Source: Tubiluchus corallicola (lineage: Eukaryota; Animalia; Priapulida). Taken from it: 64,000 nucleotides of DNA. The translations under genes and the position numbers were made by a program. The first letter of the stretch is position 1. Each line of letters opens with the position of its first letter. Location: NCBI GenBank assembly GCA_030141605.1, contig JAQGDQ010000159.1, forward strand, positions 1 through 64,000. The letters run 5' to 3'. Shown here one piece after another: positions 48,275 through 63,000 of the stretch. The notes beneath the pieces are model-generated. The model saw only the letters and a list, made by a program, of their open reading frames with translations. It was not told the origin of the DNA and did no database searches.

Positions 48275-49024
48275 GGGCGCCGAGTAATCCACTAGCCGAA
48301 GTAGGACACTTCTGGCAAAACGCATGTGCTATATTTGCGGAAAAGCACTGTCGTACATGGGCAGCCCAAGTAGGACACTAGAGATTTCTGTCGAGAATCG
48401 AGATTTATGACATACTAAAACATAAAAGTAAATTTGTTTTAGAAAAAAGTAACTTTATAATAAAGACGGATAGTCCTTGACTATTTACAAATGTATTTTT
48501 TGCAACAATATCATCATCATTATTATTAGCTCCATTACTATCATCATAACTTTAAAAACTATGTAGGGCACATAACTCGCTAACCCGTTTACTTAGTAGA
48601 AAATAATTATTTGTCCAAGAGGGAGTGAAGAGGATCACCTGTATGTAAAGCAAGACAAAATAAAAAATGATATACCTTAAACAAATGTTGGAATCGCCTA
48701 AAAAGTGCACTTATTTCGCTTCAAAAAAGATTAATATTGGCAAATATTAATTCTTCCAGCTCAGAATAAAATTCTTTTATTTTATCAGATGTATAATAAA
48801 TTATTCAACGTATATTGACGTTTTTAATTATTATTATTCCATAAAGAAGGACGACGGACGGTGCCAGTACGCTTAAAGACTCAATTCGCCTGCTTCTAGT
48901 GTCCTACTTGGGCAGCCTATGTACGATGCGTCCTACTTGGGCTAACCCATGTAGGACGCGTCTTACTTGGGCTAGCCCATGTACGCTAATTGTCCTACTT
49001 CGGCTAGTGGATTACTCGGCGCCC
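48275..49024. mobile_element. Non-autonomous DNA transposon, 750 bp, with 34-bp perfect TIRs
   Basis: GGGCGCCGAGTAATCCACTAGCCGAAGTAGGACA at both ends; subterminal ~30-bp repeats GTCCTACTTGGGC..CCCATGTA (three at right, one inverted at left); AT-rich interior; no convincing TSD. Confidence 0.88.
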
Positions 49025-49137
49025 AACATTTTGCACTGCAGATCTTCGATTGTGGCCAAATATAGCAAAAAAGTGACAAAGGGAGAAGAAGGTTTCTTCT
49101 ATTACATTATACCCGATGACCAAACCCTTGTACAATA

Positions 49138-49213
49138 GCAATTTCTTTTATTTTAGAATTCTGCCTATCCAATGTCTACAATAGACGTAACCGGCATAAT
49201 GATGATGATTATG
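49138..49213 (+). mobile_element. Retroposon 3' terminus with hairpin and (TGA)n tail, copy 2
   Basis: Closely matches 9818-9897. Confidence 0.7.
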
Positions 49214-49266
49214 TTGCAACTTGGTGTCAGCTGTTAGCTGCAGATACGAGTGGTGGAATACTTTAA

Positions 49267-50572
49267 TAAAGGCAGTGGCTAGAAGACGTACGGATCCTTT
49301 CTCATCATCTCTGCGATACCGAATACGGATCCGTTGTTGTGAGCAGAAATGTGAACATAGCAAAATTTTTTAGTCTTTATGTGATATACAGTAAGTCCAA
49401 TTGATAAGAGCTGCTAAACTGTTACATGCACCTGTTGTCAAATAATTTATGCTGTAAATATTATTGTGTCCCAGTATTACTTGCTTGATTTATTATTTTG
49501 TCATTGCAAACATTTCAAAGCATGTTTGTGTGAGCCACGTCCCATATTAATTAGTTATTTTATTATTTTGTTTATCAGAGCTGTACTGCAATCAATGAAT
49601 GCCATATTCTAACTCAATTTTTGTAGTGCTTTATACGTCATTTCTATTAAAACATAAAAAGGCCATTTTACAAATTTGCTGCAATAAGTGTAATTACGTT
49701 TGATTGTCACATCAATCCACTTTATACTGAGTTAAAACATTAAGTTAGCTGCACTCACTCAGTCTAATAAACTTGTTTATAACCTGTACTGTTTATAACC
49801 TATTTTTACATTATTAATTTTGCAGTTCTAAATTTTACTGAACACAAAATCATGCTGTAGATAAATCTAGTTTGGTAATTTAACTAATTTATACGACATT
49901 TAATCAAATTAATAAGACTGAGATTAATTAAACTAAAATTATCAGTTCATAATGATTCAAAATAATACGAGAAGGATGTATTTACTACTATTTAGTATTA
50001 AGCAAATCTAGTATTGACCAACATATATGACAAAATATACCACTATCACTGTAAAAACTATTTTGTCACTACCAAGGTAAAGAAGTCTGTTAACGTCTAC
50101 CAACTAACTCGCTTGCCCAGGTAAAAACAGATATGCACAGGTGAGTGACCGTGGCCACGTGACACAAGATACTTGACAAAATTCCTTACAAAAGTATTTT
50201 TATATTATGTAAATAGCAACAACTTACATGCGTGTCATGTTGATTATGTAATGCCAAATGTATAAATAGTGTAAATGTAATGAGTATAAAATTTATGCAA
50301 TGTAAAACGTGTTAATTGTGTCATGTTAAAGGTATATACAGTGTAAATGTCATGTAAAATTTAATGTACTTTTGTATTTTCTAGTTGCTGATAAACAAGA
50401 AAGTGATATTTGCCCGTCTCTGACGGCGATCCGTAGTAGTTTCTCGTCAATATCTTTTGCGGTACGGCGATAAGTATTTTCTCGTTTTAATATCTTTCGC
50501 TGTATGGATTAATCCGTATTTTCTAGTGAATGCTTTCGAGACGCTGATCCGTACCTTTAGTCACTGCCTTTA
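49267..50572. mobile_element. TTAA-flanked non-autonomous DNA element, ~1.3 kb
   Basis: TTAA|TAAAGGCAGTGGCTAGAAGACGTACGGATC ... GATCCGTACCTTTAGTCACTGCCTTTA|TTAA; subterminal ATCCGTA-containing repeats at 50425-50530. Confidence 0.7.
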
Positions 50573-50670
50573 TTAAATGTGAATGCCTCAATGTCTACAA
50601 CAGGTGGAATGAGACCTTGACGAAAGAAGAAAACAATTTGGCATTTGTGTGGAACCATTGCCTCCCCTGG

Positions 50671-50728
50671 GTGTGTGCGTGTGTGTGTGTGTGTGTACGT
50701 GTGGGTGCGTGTGTGTGTGTGTGCGTGT
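50671..50728. repeat. (TG)n microsatellite
   Basis: Directly visible. Confidence 0.9.
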
Positions 50729-50867
50729 ATAAAATATCAACAAAATGTCAAAAGCTGACTTATATTAATAAACTGTTATATATTATCTTTCAAGCAAGCG
50801 AGTATTAAACTATTATAACTGCATTATAAACTAATAGTAATACAACTTTAGGTTTGGGAGTCAGTGT

Positions 50868-51285
50868 CAGGAGCGTATCAAGACTTTACGATGCCCTAGG
50901 CTGGATAGTTTCGTCCTGCCCATCTCTATTGTGAATTTATGGTGCTTATGTATTGAACAGTTCAAACAATGATTTGTGGTGTATTAGAAACACTATTAAC
51001 CTAGTTTCTACAGGTCATATTTACATATATTTACATAGCGCTTATATTCAAGCACGCTGCGCAACTGTTTGTTGCGTAATACCTTGCACCTGTTTGTTAT
51101 GTGGCATTTATATAGAAGCTGCACTCAGTAACTGCCTATGGTGTGTTATAAAATGCACCCTTTACGTGAATATGAAAGAATACACATTTTCTGAGGAGAA
51201 TAAGATTTTTTCTAAAATGTGACGCCCCCTAAACTTTGGCGCCTGAGACTATAGCCTAGTTAGCCTATTGGTTAATACGACCCTG
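50868..51285. mobile_element. hAT-type MITE
   Basis: Imperfect TIRs CAGGAGCGTATCAA / TTAATACGACCCTG and an 8-bp TSD GTCAGTGT / GTCGGTGT (7 of 8 match). Confidence 0.75.
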
Positions 51286-53579
51286 GTCGGTGTATCAGTT
51301 CAGTTCAGTTTATCTCTATACAGTCTTCCAGTCTTGATCCTCGTTGCAATAATTTGCAAGCAATCACTTAGTAGGAATGACGCATGATCCATATATGTTT
51401 TTACAGCTTCACCTCATGGCTCCATAAACTTGTATCATATAGATCTCTGGTATTAACCAACCAAACATTTATGTGACTTAAATAACTGCAAACAAATAGA
51501 TGTTCAGTTGTATCTTTTCAGATATTACACACAGAGCACATTCAGTTATTTGTTTATTTGAGTTAAAATGCCTCAAGTGGTTGATTTTTCTGACACAACA
51601 ATTTAGTTAAGCATAATGATTTGAACTGAATGATTTTTAGCTGCTTCCACTCACCATTCGTTAAATTAATACATGTTTCACTATTATATAGCAATGTTTT
51701 TTCATACATGATTAAGGTTGCTTCTCTTGATTTATATCACATATATTTCTAGGCAAAAGTATACCCTTTTTCAGCTGATTTCAAATTTCAGCTTTTTCAG
51801 ACAATGACCAATGCTGTGTATCGTGTGCCACATACATGCGTTTGATATGTGCAAGGCCAACTCGGCAACTATGCATATATGCACATATGGGGGAGCTGTT
51901 AACATACAGTATTACAGTTTTGTGTAGCAGCATTACTGTAGTACTGTTAACATACAGTATTACAGTTTTCTGTAACTATTGTTGTAAAACCAAAGACAGC
52001 TGATATTTAAAGTCTTACCACGTTTTTGACTCGATCTTGAACTATTTAATAAAAAGCAGTCATCCAGATCACAACATATCAAACAAACAACCACACTACA
52101 TCAAAAATATTTTTCACAGTTTGTTCTGTTCAATATTGCAACTGATTTAAATAAGCTTCTGTAAGTTTGATACATAGCTATTTTTTCTGATATGTCATCA
52201 GCTGCCTTTTTTGAACACCCAATGTTTTCTTGTCTAAGTATAGACTAAGTATAAATCTATCTGCAGGACTACTTCCATTGCTATGCTCATAGCACTGCAA
52301 TGCATTGCCAATTTGCAATTGTTATAATTTGTATTTTGTAATGTCGTGCTAAATGGACAAATAAATAAATCTAAATAAACCTAAAATCTAAGTTAGTGAA
52401 CATTACACATGAAGTCAGCAGGCAAGTAGGCAGTGCACCATACTTTATACAGCTTACTCCAGCTTGTTTAACCATTAACAGTGACTAATTTGATAGTTTT
52501 AGTTTCCCACAAATTATATCAGAGTGGTAAAACAGATTACTTTTTAGAGAGGAATGTGTAAGTTCAAAATGTGGTGTTTTTTTACGCAAGTAAATAACTC
52601 CACAACTATTGATTAGCAGTGACTATGCTGCAGAACTAAAATTGCACAGCACATGGCAAAAATTTTGTAGCATTTTGTGATGTGATGCCTGAAAATTTAG
52701 CTCTTACATTACTAAAGTAATTTTATTCAAAGTTTACAGAATAGTTAAGTTAGGTTATTTAGTGATTAGTTTCATTACACAATGACTTTAATTGGTAGGG
52801 TTGTAATATATAGCAGAAAGCCAGTTCTTAGAACGTGGTGCAAACTGGAATGGAGAAAAACTGGTTTGGTCAAATCATTATTGTTGCACAACTCTAGCAT
52901 GTAACTGGGTAGACATTGGTCAGATCGGGTCATTCGAGGATCATTCATGGAGATGCATATTTAACATGTCTAGGATAGAATATGATTTTACAAGTTTTTC
53001 AGTAAATAAGAAATTGCCATAGTTTTTAGATTTCCAAAAAAGAGAAAACCTGGGGAGAGATTTCTTAAATTGGGTCTGATTGCTACATTTTGATTTCATT
53101 TTGTCTTATCTACAGTTGATTTAGTTTTTCGATGGTTTAATTTATTATATTCTCTTTCTCGACAGCTTCAGTCATTGATGGTATTATTACAAAATTTCAG
53201 TTTTGTTTTTTTCTTATTTGCTTCTGTTTTCCTTGTTTTGTTTTGTATGATTTATATTTACCTTATTTTTCCTTAGTTTAATTTATTATATTCTTTTTAT
53301 GAACATCTTTGGTTAATCATTCTACTGTTTTTTTATCGGATTTTTTTTTAGCTAATGCTCACATTATCCATTTTCCGTTATGTTAAAAATCTAAAGTTAC
53401 TTTTATTTTGTTTGCATTGCATATTCACAGTATTTTTGAACTGTAAATTTTTGGTTTTGTAAATTATAATGTTCTACAATATTGCATTTCCCATCAGTTA
53501 ATTGCCAATTACACACGTCAACAGAATTCAAATTTAAATTGAAAACGGTGCCAAAATTAATTTTACTTAATCGTTGCTA

Positions 53580-53716
53580 TTTAAGGGTGGCTGACTAGAT
53601 AACCTACATGTTCTTCACTGCCCTTCTCCTTTGTTACGTAATTGCATGTATTCCTAATACTGTATTTTGTTAATTCTTGAGGAGTTAATAAATGAATTGA
53701 ATTGTATTGAATTGAA
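53580..53716 (+). mobile_element. LINE 3' UTR with AATAAA and (TTGAA)n tail
   Basis: ...gttaataaatgaattgaattgtattgaattgaa is typical of L2/CR1-group tails; no coding remnant verified. Confidence 0.4.
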
Positions 53717-54092
53717 GATATGTTTCACTGAAACTCCTTGAGTTGACCAATTATGTTAAAACGTGTAAAACATGCTATTAGAGCTGGGTGTCAATAATCA
53801 GTGTGGCTCAGCATGTAAACTATTCTTTGTAATAACAGTAAAAGCTTTTTCTCATATATGTAAAAGGTTTCTTCATTTGAGTGTTGTATTTGCTAGACTC
53901 GTGTCTTGTGTCTCATAGGTCTTAAGCATGATTAAGTTGGCTCTCAATAGTTTTATGGTGGTCGTCAGAAGAACATAGTCACTGACGTTTTAAGTCATAT
54001 TGATTTATCTATTTTTCTATTTTTATAGGTAAATTATTTGTGTTTCACTCATTATTAGCATTATTTAGCTAGTCTTATTTCTTTTAGTACTA

Positions 54093-57000
54093 ATGCCGAA
54101 AAAAGGACGCTTAGGTATACTTGGCATTCGCACCAAAAGCAATCCTATCTTGTTATTTGCAAAGGATGAATTGTGGCAGTCAGATGATTCTGAAGACAGC
54201 GATTACGATGGCGGTGATAAAAGCAAGTCAGTGACTATTAGAAAAGACAAGTTGTAAGTGTTGTTGTATATACTGCTGTTAAGTAGCCTTTAGGCTAATG
54301 TAGTTACATAGTTATACTTATTTACAAAATTTTGTAGTTTTGATGTACTGCTTTAGTTTGAATATTGAAAACTTCCCATGATAAGTAAAATTTTAACAAG
54401 TTTATGATTGTGATTACTGGCAACTGTTGAAGCATTCTTGTTGTATATGTATGTGTTACAGGCAATGTGCAAAATTGAAACATTTTATAAAATTCTTAGG
54501 CATTTCATGCAGCACCTAAGCTTTTCGAGAAAAGTATGTTTTCGCTGCGACACTTTTGTATGACAGCTAGAATAGAAGGCATAAGGGAGTTTGATAAAGC
54601 GTAAAATGAACTTAATTCATGTTTAATCTTAGCATTTATATGATATTTTATACATTACCTAGGCAAGTATCAAATGCTTAAAACGACTTAGTCAATGTTT
54701 TAAGTTAAGCAAGCATTTGAAGTAAATAGGTGAGTTTATTGTTTTATTTGCAATCGATGTAACATTACCATTTATGACAAGCCATTTGACCAGCTGCCAG
54801 GTAGACCACTTTCTATAATTAGAAAGCCTTCTTGCTAACAAAAGCACTTCCGAATAAGGTGTGAACATCGAATTGGAGCAGCAAATGTGTCCTTTGAAAA
54901 ACTTGTAAAATGAAAGTTATTGTTTATCAAGCTATCATCATTTCGTGTTTGCTTTATGACTGCAAAATTTGGTCTCTGTTATTGTGATATCAAACAGCTC
55001 GGACCTCTCTGTCATCAAAGCTTCACTTCGTCTTTAATATTAAATGCTACTAGTACATCATTAATAATCACCGCCATCACTGTCAAGGACTGTCTGTAGT
55101 GAAACACTGTCAGCGATTATTTTTGTTGGACAGGATGCCAGAGATTACATTCCTCATCAAACTCATAATTGGCAAAAGACTTTGAGAATGCCCTCCTCAT
55201 TGCTACAAATACCACTTGAAATTCACTATCAAATAAACGATCATAGTCAAAATATTCCAAAACCAGCCCAGGCAGGAGCATTCATCTGGCATTGCATCTT
55301 GCAATATAAAACCCAACATTTCAAAAAGCAAAGAAGAAGGAAGAAGAAAAATGACAAAAGGGAAAAATCTTGCTCAACTGCAGCCCCACGAACTCTTGAA
55401 TGTCTTCTGTGTCACCTTATATTTCATGCAAGAATCAGTTTTCAGAAAAGAAAGTTGCTTTTGGAGAAAGGTAACCAGGACAATGACATTGGAAGTAATT
55501 TTTATACACAAAAAAAAGGAGAATGAACGGATGAATGAATCTATTTACCAAACAAATTTCCAAGCATGTTGAAACATGACTTACTTTACACATTCCCTAA
55601 AATATCTGGCATTAAGTAAAATTTGTAGGAAATTCATATCAAAATAATTGACCATTTGTTTTTCTTTTCACTAGCTAAAATTTATTCAATAATATATGAA
55701 TATTATATAAAATGCCTAGGAAAAATATATCCAGAATCTAAGAATGACACACTATACCCAGATAAACTTTTGCATTATATATAATGGTTAGGAAAAATGT
55801 ATAAGAAATTTAGACACTTTACCTGGTCCTTTTGGGCACTCCATAAAATTCCTAGGCATTTTATAGAATTCCTGGTTTCACACTGTGCCTGTGACATATA
55901 TGTATATATACATATCAAATTTTATCTATTTATTATGGATTAACAAGACAGTTGTACAAATGATTCATAGTATCTCCACTGTGCTGTGAAAGTGCAAGTA
56001 CTTGGTGTTGTGTGATAGTTCATCATCAATGATTAGTTATCTCGTAAGCAAAATTGAAAATCAAGCCATATTTGCATATTACATCTGGGATTTGCCTTAA
56101 AACTGATGACAACCAGGACTAATATAAGCATTGTCCTTGACTTGTTCTGCAACTACTGTATTTGCGAGTATGGAAGTTCAAAAATCAGTGTCACAACTAT
56201 AATTCATTTCAAAGAGGACTGGTATTTTTTCTAGGCGAACTAATCAGAAGCTAAAGTTGTATGACTGTCCACTGGGTGGAGTTTCTTTTAGTTAAATTGA
56301 ATTTAATGTTATTTGAAATGTTTAAATTTGATGCTGAAGCTGCACAGTTATCAGTGACTTATAAGTTAATAACAACCATTGCCTTTCATTAGAACTGTCA
56401 CTTTCGTTGATTTTCTTTGTTTCGAAATTTCTGTAAACTGACCTATTTTACTTAACTGTATTGCATTTTTCTTTCTCTCGTAATGTGAAACTCATGATAG
56501 GTTAATATTATTATTTGTTAATCATCCTAGAGCAATGCAAGATGCTAAAATACAGTCTCCAAAGCCACCAAAAAAGAGGCTAAAGGAAAGTGCTTGTTTT
56601 GACATCTCAAATGCAGAAGGGAGATGGGGTACATTAATGCCTCCTGAGCTACTGGTTCATATCTTCCAGTATGTGGCAAACATCGATGGTGCTGTACCAT
56701 TTTTGGTCAGGTTAGTAATTTTCTGCATGTCTCTTCATCTGTTTCAGAAGTTTTAGTAAATTGTACTAAACTAAAATACGTAAAATGTTTTTTATATTTC
56801 AAAATTGAAACCAGTGTTGTTATTTGTGAAAATTATAAAATTATAAAAATATGACCAGTGTTTTATATAACAGTGAGCCCTAATGACTATTTTGTTGTAG
56901 CTTACTGAAAATATCCTATTAGTAAGTGGTATTATTATTATACATTAATGCTAGCAGTTTGCCTTACTTTCACAGAGTTGTAGGACTTCTTCCAAGGATT

Positions 57001-60000
57001 CACTAAGTGCACTGAGTACTTTGTATATATAGACAAATATTCGAAAGAAATAATATAATTTCGGACGAGAGGCTATCGAACAGTAAAAAACTGCAGCGGC
57101 ATATTGGCTTGGCCTCAGGGTCATTCCCTTATTTCCAAATTAAGGAGCATTTATTTTTCTAAAGGTTGTTCAAAGAAGTCCAAAACAAGTATTTTTTGCT
57201 TCTGGTTTTTCCAATTAGCTCCGATTCAGAAAATGAATTATCAGTGAGAAGACACTCTTTTTTGATATCTGGTATTTAAGAACAGTGAAGCCACCAAAAG
57301 CATTGCAATGTAAATCATGCATACAAATGTCTACATTCAACATATCTGCATAGTTAATATTTCATTCACGTTACATAAACAAAAATTACAAAAATCTGGA
57401 CCCGTCAGATTTATTGTTGCTTGCAAAATTAGGATCAGTAAAGTTTGCCGGCTGTGGAGCAGAGTTTCTAGTGATGACTCACTGTGGCAGAAGGTTGACC
57501 TCTCATCAGATTCTGTAATGAAGAAAGCTGCTGTGCTAACCTGGCTTTGCGAACATCGACTAGGTCAACTGCGCGAGTTAAATATTAGTGGCTGGAAATC
57601 GGAGTTGAGCGAAAGTTGTTTTAAGGTATTCTTTTAAACATAGTAAATTTAGCAAAGCTTGGCGAGCTTGAGCTGACTATGGCATTGTTGCTTGCATACT
57701 GCTGACCTCTTTCTCTTCTCGCTGTCTCTTCTCTTTCTCATTGTGTTTATCTTCATACTTTTACTTTTATCAATTTGAATTTTCAACATATAAGCTTTTG
57801 TAATATATTTATAATTCATTGCTCATACTCTTCCAGAAAGAAGCTTTGTCCTGGTAAGCAATTTAAAGCATTGAATTAAAATGCAGTATTGTTGCAAAAC
57901 AATAATAATAATGATAATAACAATAATGATAGTTTTATTACCTAAAATACATATAAAATGCTCTTTGGTGTACAAAACATATAAATTTCTCAAAAAATTC
58001 TACGAACCATAATGTACACAGTTCCACGGAAACTCCTAAAAAACTAATACTATATTATACAGACACAGACACCATTGCATGTTATTTAGTTGGAGTAACA
58101 TGTATATGCTTTGTTAATACAAGCCGCTCAAAAAATTTTTCTATTGAAACTTATACCTCGGGGACATAAATTTTTTGAAGCCTTGTATGGTATCCAGAGC
58201 ACATCGATAAGAACAATATTAAAAATTCTGAACACTTCTGTTGTATTATGAACTGATTTTTTTCTTTATTTGCTGTTACATTGCAGTAAACATTTTTTAT
58301 TTGGTTTTTGTATAGAGCATTATTTACAATTACTTTTTCATGTGACAAGTGCAATACAAGTATGCATGCTAATTATAAATGGATTCCACGTGAGAAAACT
58401 TTGACATTGTGACAAAAATTGAATTGACTAGGGCCGTCACAGAGATTATCACTTGTAGTGAAATTGTTGTAGTTATAGTGAGATAAGTTGTTAAAACATT
58501 TATGAGAAAAATTAACCGTGGAATTTTACATGTTTTATTTTCACTTTCATTCCATTCTGCTTGCAGTCATTAAATTAGTAGCTTCCATCTGTTTGACATT
58601 TATTATAAACTTTCGTGTCAAAATATTTTTGCAGTATTTACTCATGCACTTACAGTGTTTCTGTTGTTCTGCTCCTTCTTTTTTATTGCTTCACTCGCTA
58701 TGCTATCTCTCTCTCTCTCTCTTGTGCCTCTCTCTGTGTGCAAACTAACTGCAGAGATCAGACAGACGAAAAAAAAGACATTTTGAACTTGTGATCAGAT
58801 GTATTTCTGTTTCAGACATTACTGCAGAATCACTGTGAGCAACTTGAAAGGCTCAATCTTTCTATGTGCAAAGTTTCTTCTGCCGTCCTACATTCCATAG
58901 CTGATCATTGTCTAAAATTATGTGATCTCAATATCTCAAACATTGAGGTAAGACAAGAGTAGAAATGAGACTAAATGTTTGTCACGAATTGAAGTTAAAG
59001 TGGGTTTTTTAATGTGGTACTTTACTGTGTCATATCAGTCTGTGTTTATCACTTTGTCGTACCATGACACACCTTATCTTTGAAGGAGGATGTAAATGCG
59101 TCTGAAATAAGCTGAGATACCTGTGCCAGTTCTTTCACCTTCAAGGCTTGTCAGGGTGTAGCGAGCTTGGCTCTGCTAAGTGCTAGATTCCAGTTTTTAA
59201 TTGTAACACAGTTCAAATGTTATTTGTGCTAGACATTATGATTTACTTATATTAAGTAAGATTTTTTCTATAGCAAACTAGTACACAAGCTATATAAGCC
59301 TAATACAGGTTTTTTTGATAATATAGTTTAAGATTGTATAGACTACTTCGTAAGCCAAATTAGTTTTTCCATAATATTGTTGCAAGTTGTAGAGTTTACT
59401 AAAAAAACTAACAAATAAATAAGGCTGATACAGCTGTTTTCGATGACTGTTGTAAGTTGTGCACTTCGTTAACACAAGCTAAGAGGATTAAAATGCAGTG
59501 ACAAGTTGAAGATAAAACATCCTCCTTTACTGATAGGTGTGGGCTAAATTGCTATCAGTAAGCCAATTCCTAACTGAATGGTAGCTTGTAATAAAGAAGT
59601 AATAACTAATTCCTTGTGCTTGCAGAAGTGAAGAGAAGAACTAAGCAAACATTAATGTCTTTTTCAGACTGATAGCAAATTTACTTCTGAATTTAAACAC
59701 CTCATGGCAATGCGAGGAAGCAGATTTACGCACATTTACTTAGACACGTGTCCTGTTAACCTGACACCCATCGTTAGCAGTATTGCGGTAAGCACTTTTT
59801 ATGACCGGCTATGTTCCTAATGTCTGTGATATGAGGAATCTGTAAAAACAGGAGAATCTGAAAATTGGAATGTTCAGTTCGAATTGGCATTAAGACTTTA
59901 TTCCACTATGTCTCCAAATTCGAAAATTCGTGCAATTACTGTCGCGTATTGGTTGTGAGGAAATCATTCCTTTAATATGTGTTTTACAATGTTATTATGG

Positions 60001-63000
60001 ACGTTGATTTTGGAAGCCTAAATTTAGTGTTTTAAGGCGAAAAAGCTTGCATTTGTCTGGTAATCCATATCGTTGACCAATTTTCATTACATTAATTTTG
60101 AAAATATAAAAATACTGCTATTATTTTAACTTTTGGACAGTAACTTTTGATTTTATCTGAACTAGTTAGTAACAGTACGAATTATAATACATGCAGGAAT
60201 TTCGTTCAGGGCACAGTCCTGTAATAACACCTTAAATAATTCAATACTTATTTCCAAGGATGTCCCGGTTATTGTTACCAGCATGTTTCTTCGATAAACC
60301 TGTATGCTCGGTCGAAGAAGAAGCAGTACTATTTTTTAAGTCTTTGGTAGGACTAGGTCAGGAGTTGAATTCGCGACCTCCCCTTTGGGAAACGGGCATG
60401 CTACCTTAGAAGTGTACCCCTCCGTCAAAACACACTGTCAATTACGAATCATTATTAATAATTTATTACTCCGTTCATACATTCTTTATTGCCCCATGCT
60501 TGATTTAAATCAGGACTGTAAGTTTTTGCTCGATTCAAGATTTTGAATTCGACTCGATTCCAAAATGGATTATTCGATTGACTATGACTATGACTATGAC
60601 TTTGAATTTATTTTCACACATCAAATGATTCCATTCGATTAATTCCGCAATTGGTAAATTCAAATTGAAAATTTTCTATTCATTTGCCATTCAGTCTCGA
60701 TTGCGGTAAAGACAGCTGTAAAGAGGCACATTTCTTTTCAGAACTGTTCTCTTCTTCCTGTACTATTCTAGGTGGCTGGTCATTAATTTATGCATTTGTA
60801 GCGATTTGCTACTTTTTTATCATAGTTAATAGTTGTAGGTTTTGCTTCTGGACACAGAAATGTCCAACATGAGAGAAGCTGTAAATTAATCACGTAGTTA
60901 AGAAACGTTAAACTGCAGGCATGTATTTTACTGAGGCGTCTACTGATTTGTAACGTTGAGCCTTTGAAAAGTTTAAAAAAGGTAGCTGCATTACTTCAGT
61001 TTAACAGTTTCTCAACCCGGAAAAAAGTCAAAGAAAATAATTTTTGTAGATAAAGGTTTTATAAGAGTAGAGGCAGCTATTATTAGTAGGCTGAACTGTG
61101 CCTGTTATGTGACACGTAAAATGTTTTTCAGCTTGTTCTAAACCTCCATTAATTGACATTGAATAAATGTCATGAACTCTTTTTGCTGGTACCACCCTAG
61201 CTGTACATGTATCAGTGGATTTTTGCCATGGTTTAGGAAAATTTTTACACATTTAGTTTTCCAAAATAAAGTGTGACTTTGCAAAACTACTATGTGAGAT
61301 AGTACTGTTTATTTTTAATCATTTTGATAAACGTTATTAATTAAGAAAATACAAGTGGTACATTGTTCATACTTGTGTTATTTTACACTTTTTGTCTCAC
61401 AATTTGTATTTTTTGTTATAATTTTCTAGGATCATTGCCCAGAACTATTGGTGCTGGACATTTCTAATCCTCGAGCCATTGCTGGGTGGACAAACATGGA
61501 TATTGAGAAATTCCAAGAAAAGTGTCCAAAACTGAGAATTTTCAGAGCTGCTAATTCAACAATAATGATGTGCGGTCGTCAAGTAGAGGTGAGAAATGAA
61601 ATGGTTTAAATTGTTTACTTGATGGAAGAATTTGTATATTTAGACGACGAGTTTCTTTGTGCAGTATTAGTGAATAAGTTACTGTAACATTTAAGATTAT
61701 ATAGAGGATTTTTTTTCAGACCGAGTGGGATGGATTTAGGTACCTCGAAGAACTGAGTATTCCAAGATATCAACTAAAGGGAGGCCATTTTTTGTTCAGG
61801 CATGTGATCTGCAACATTAAAAATTATTATAATTAAATAATGCATCAGTAATCAGTTAAACGAGTATCAGAATCTGTTTATTAAATGACAAGAAACATAA
61901 TCTTATGAAATCGGTACCTCCCAAAATATTTTTTGGAAACATAATGACTTGATGATCAGTTCGGCAAAACTGTTAACTTTGAATTTAACAATTTGTTAGC
62001 TACTTTAAATTTACATTATTTGTATTTAATTTGTGTATTTATCTAAAAAAAATAAAAAATTGAAGTGTTTGTGAGATTTATGTGACACCTTCGAAATAAA
62101 TGCTAATAATCATAATTTTACAGATCTGTGACAGAATCAATAAGCATTCACTGATATTGTACAAATGAATCTAAAAATATTTATTTGAGATTGTACGTGT
62201 TTTAGATATTACTTATCATACCTATTTTTTATGTAAAAGGTATATTACTGAAATTATAAACCTTTTTCAACTTATAAGGAAACATTTTTATACAACTATG
62301 TCTTTTTCATTTATCGACCACTTACTTCAGATAACATTTTTAATTATTTTTGAATGTTTGTGTTTTTTTGACATTACTTTTTAAAAAAGTTTACACTATT
62401 AGTATTGTCATCTTGAACTAATTATTTTAACATGAATTAGTGATGATGTTAATATTGCAGAGTTGCAAGGGGCTCTTCTGATCTCAAGTTACTTGATATC
62501 AGGGATTGCGGTTTTTCCATGGATTGCTTGCTATTTTTACCTTGTTCTGATATTGAGCATTTGTATTTGTCTCGCTGCAAAGTCCATGCATCTACACTGG
62601 AGGAGTTACTTGATAAAGCAAGTATTTGAAATAGCTAATAGTTGTGTATTTTATTGGCTGATGGTGTCTGCTTACTCAGATTTAGAGAAAAAAACTATAT
62701 TTTTTTTACTAAAGTCTATGTTCTTTTAATAGATTGTTCGCATTTTGGTAAGGCTGTCTTTGAATTTCGATGTAATGTTTTGCATTGAATTTAGATTATT
62801 GCAGTGTGTAAAACTGCAGTGACTTGAATTTCACAGCAGTGCATGTAAATCGAAATAATGTGCAACAGTGACTGCATGTAATGGACTAAAGATTGAATGC
62901 GTCACCTCAGTATATTACATATCTTTCCAGCATACACCATTTTAAAATTTTGTCATACTAGCACAAAGTGCTTTTAGTTCTCTTCTAGGTTCTGCATCTT

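Noticed and set aside
55182-55572. Basic 114-aa ORF in an FBXL6 intron
   Set aside because: No ATG start, no recognisable domain, and the flanking FBXL6 exons join in phase without it.
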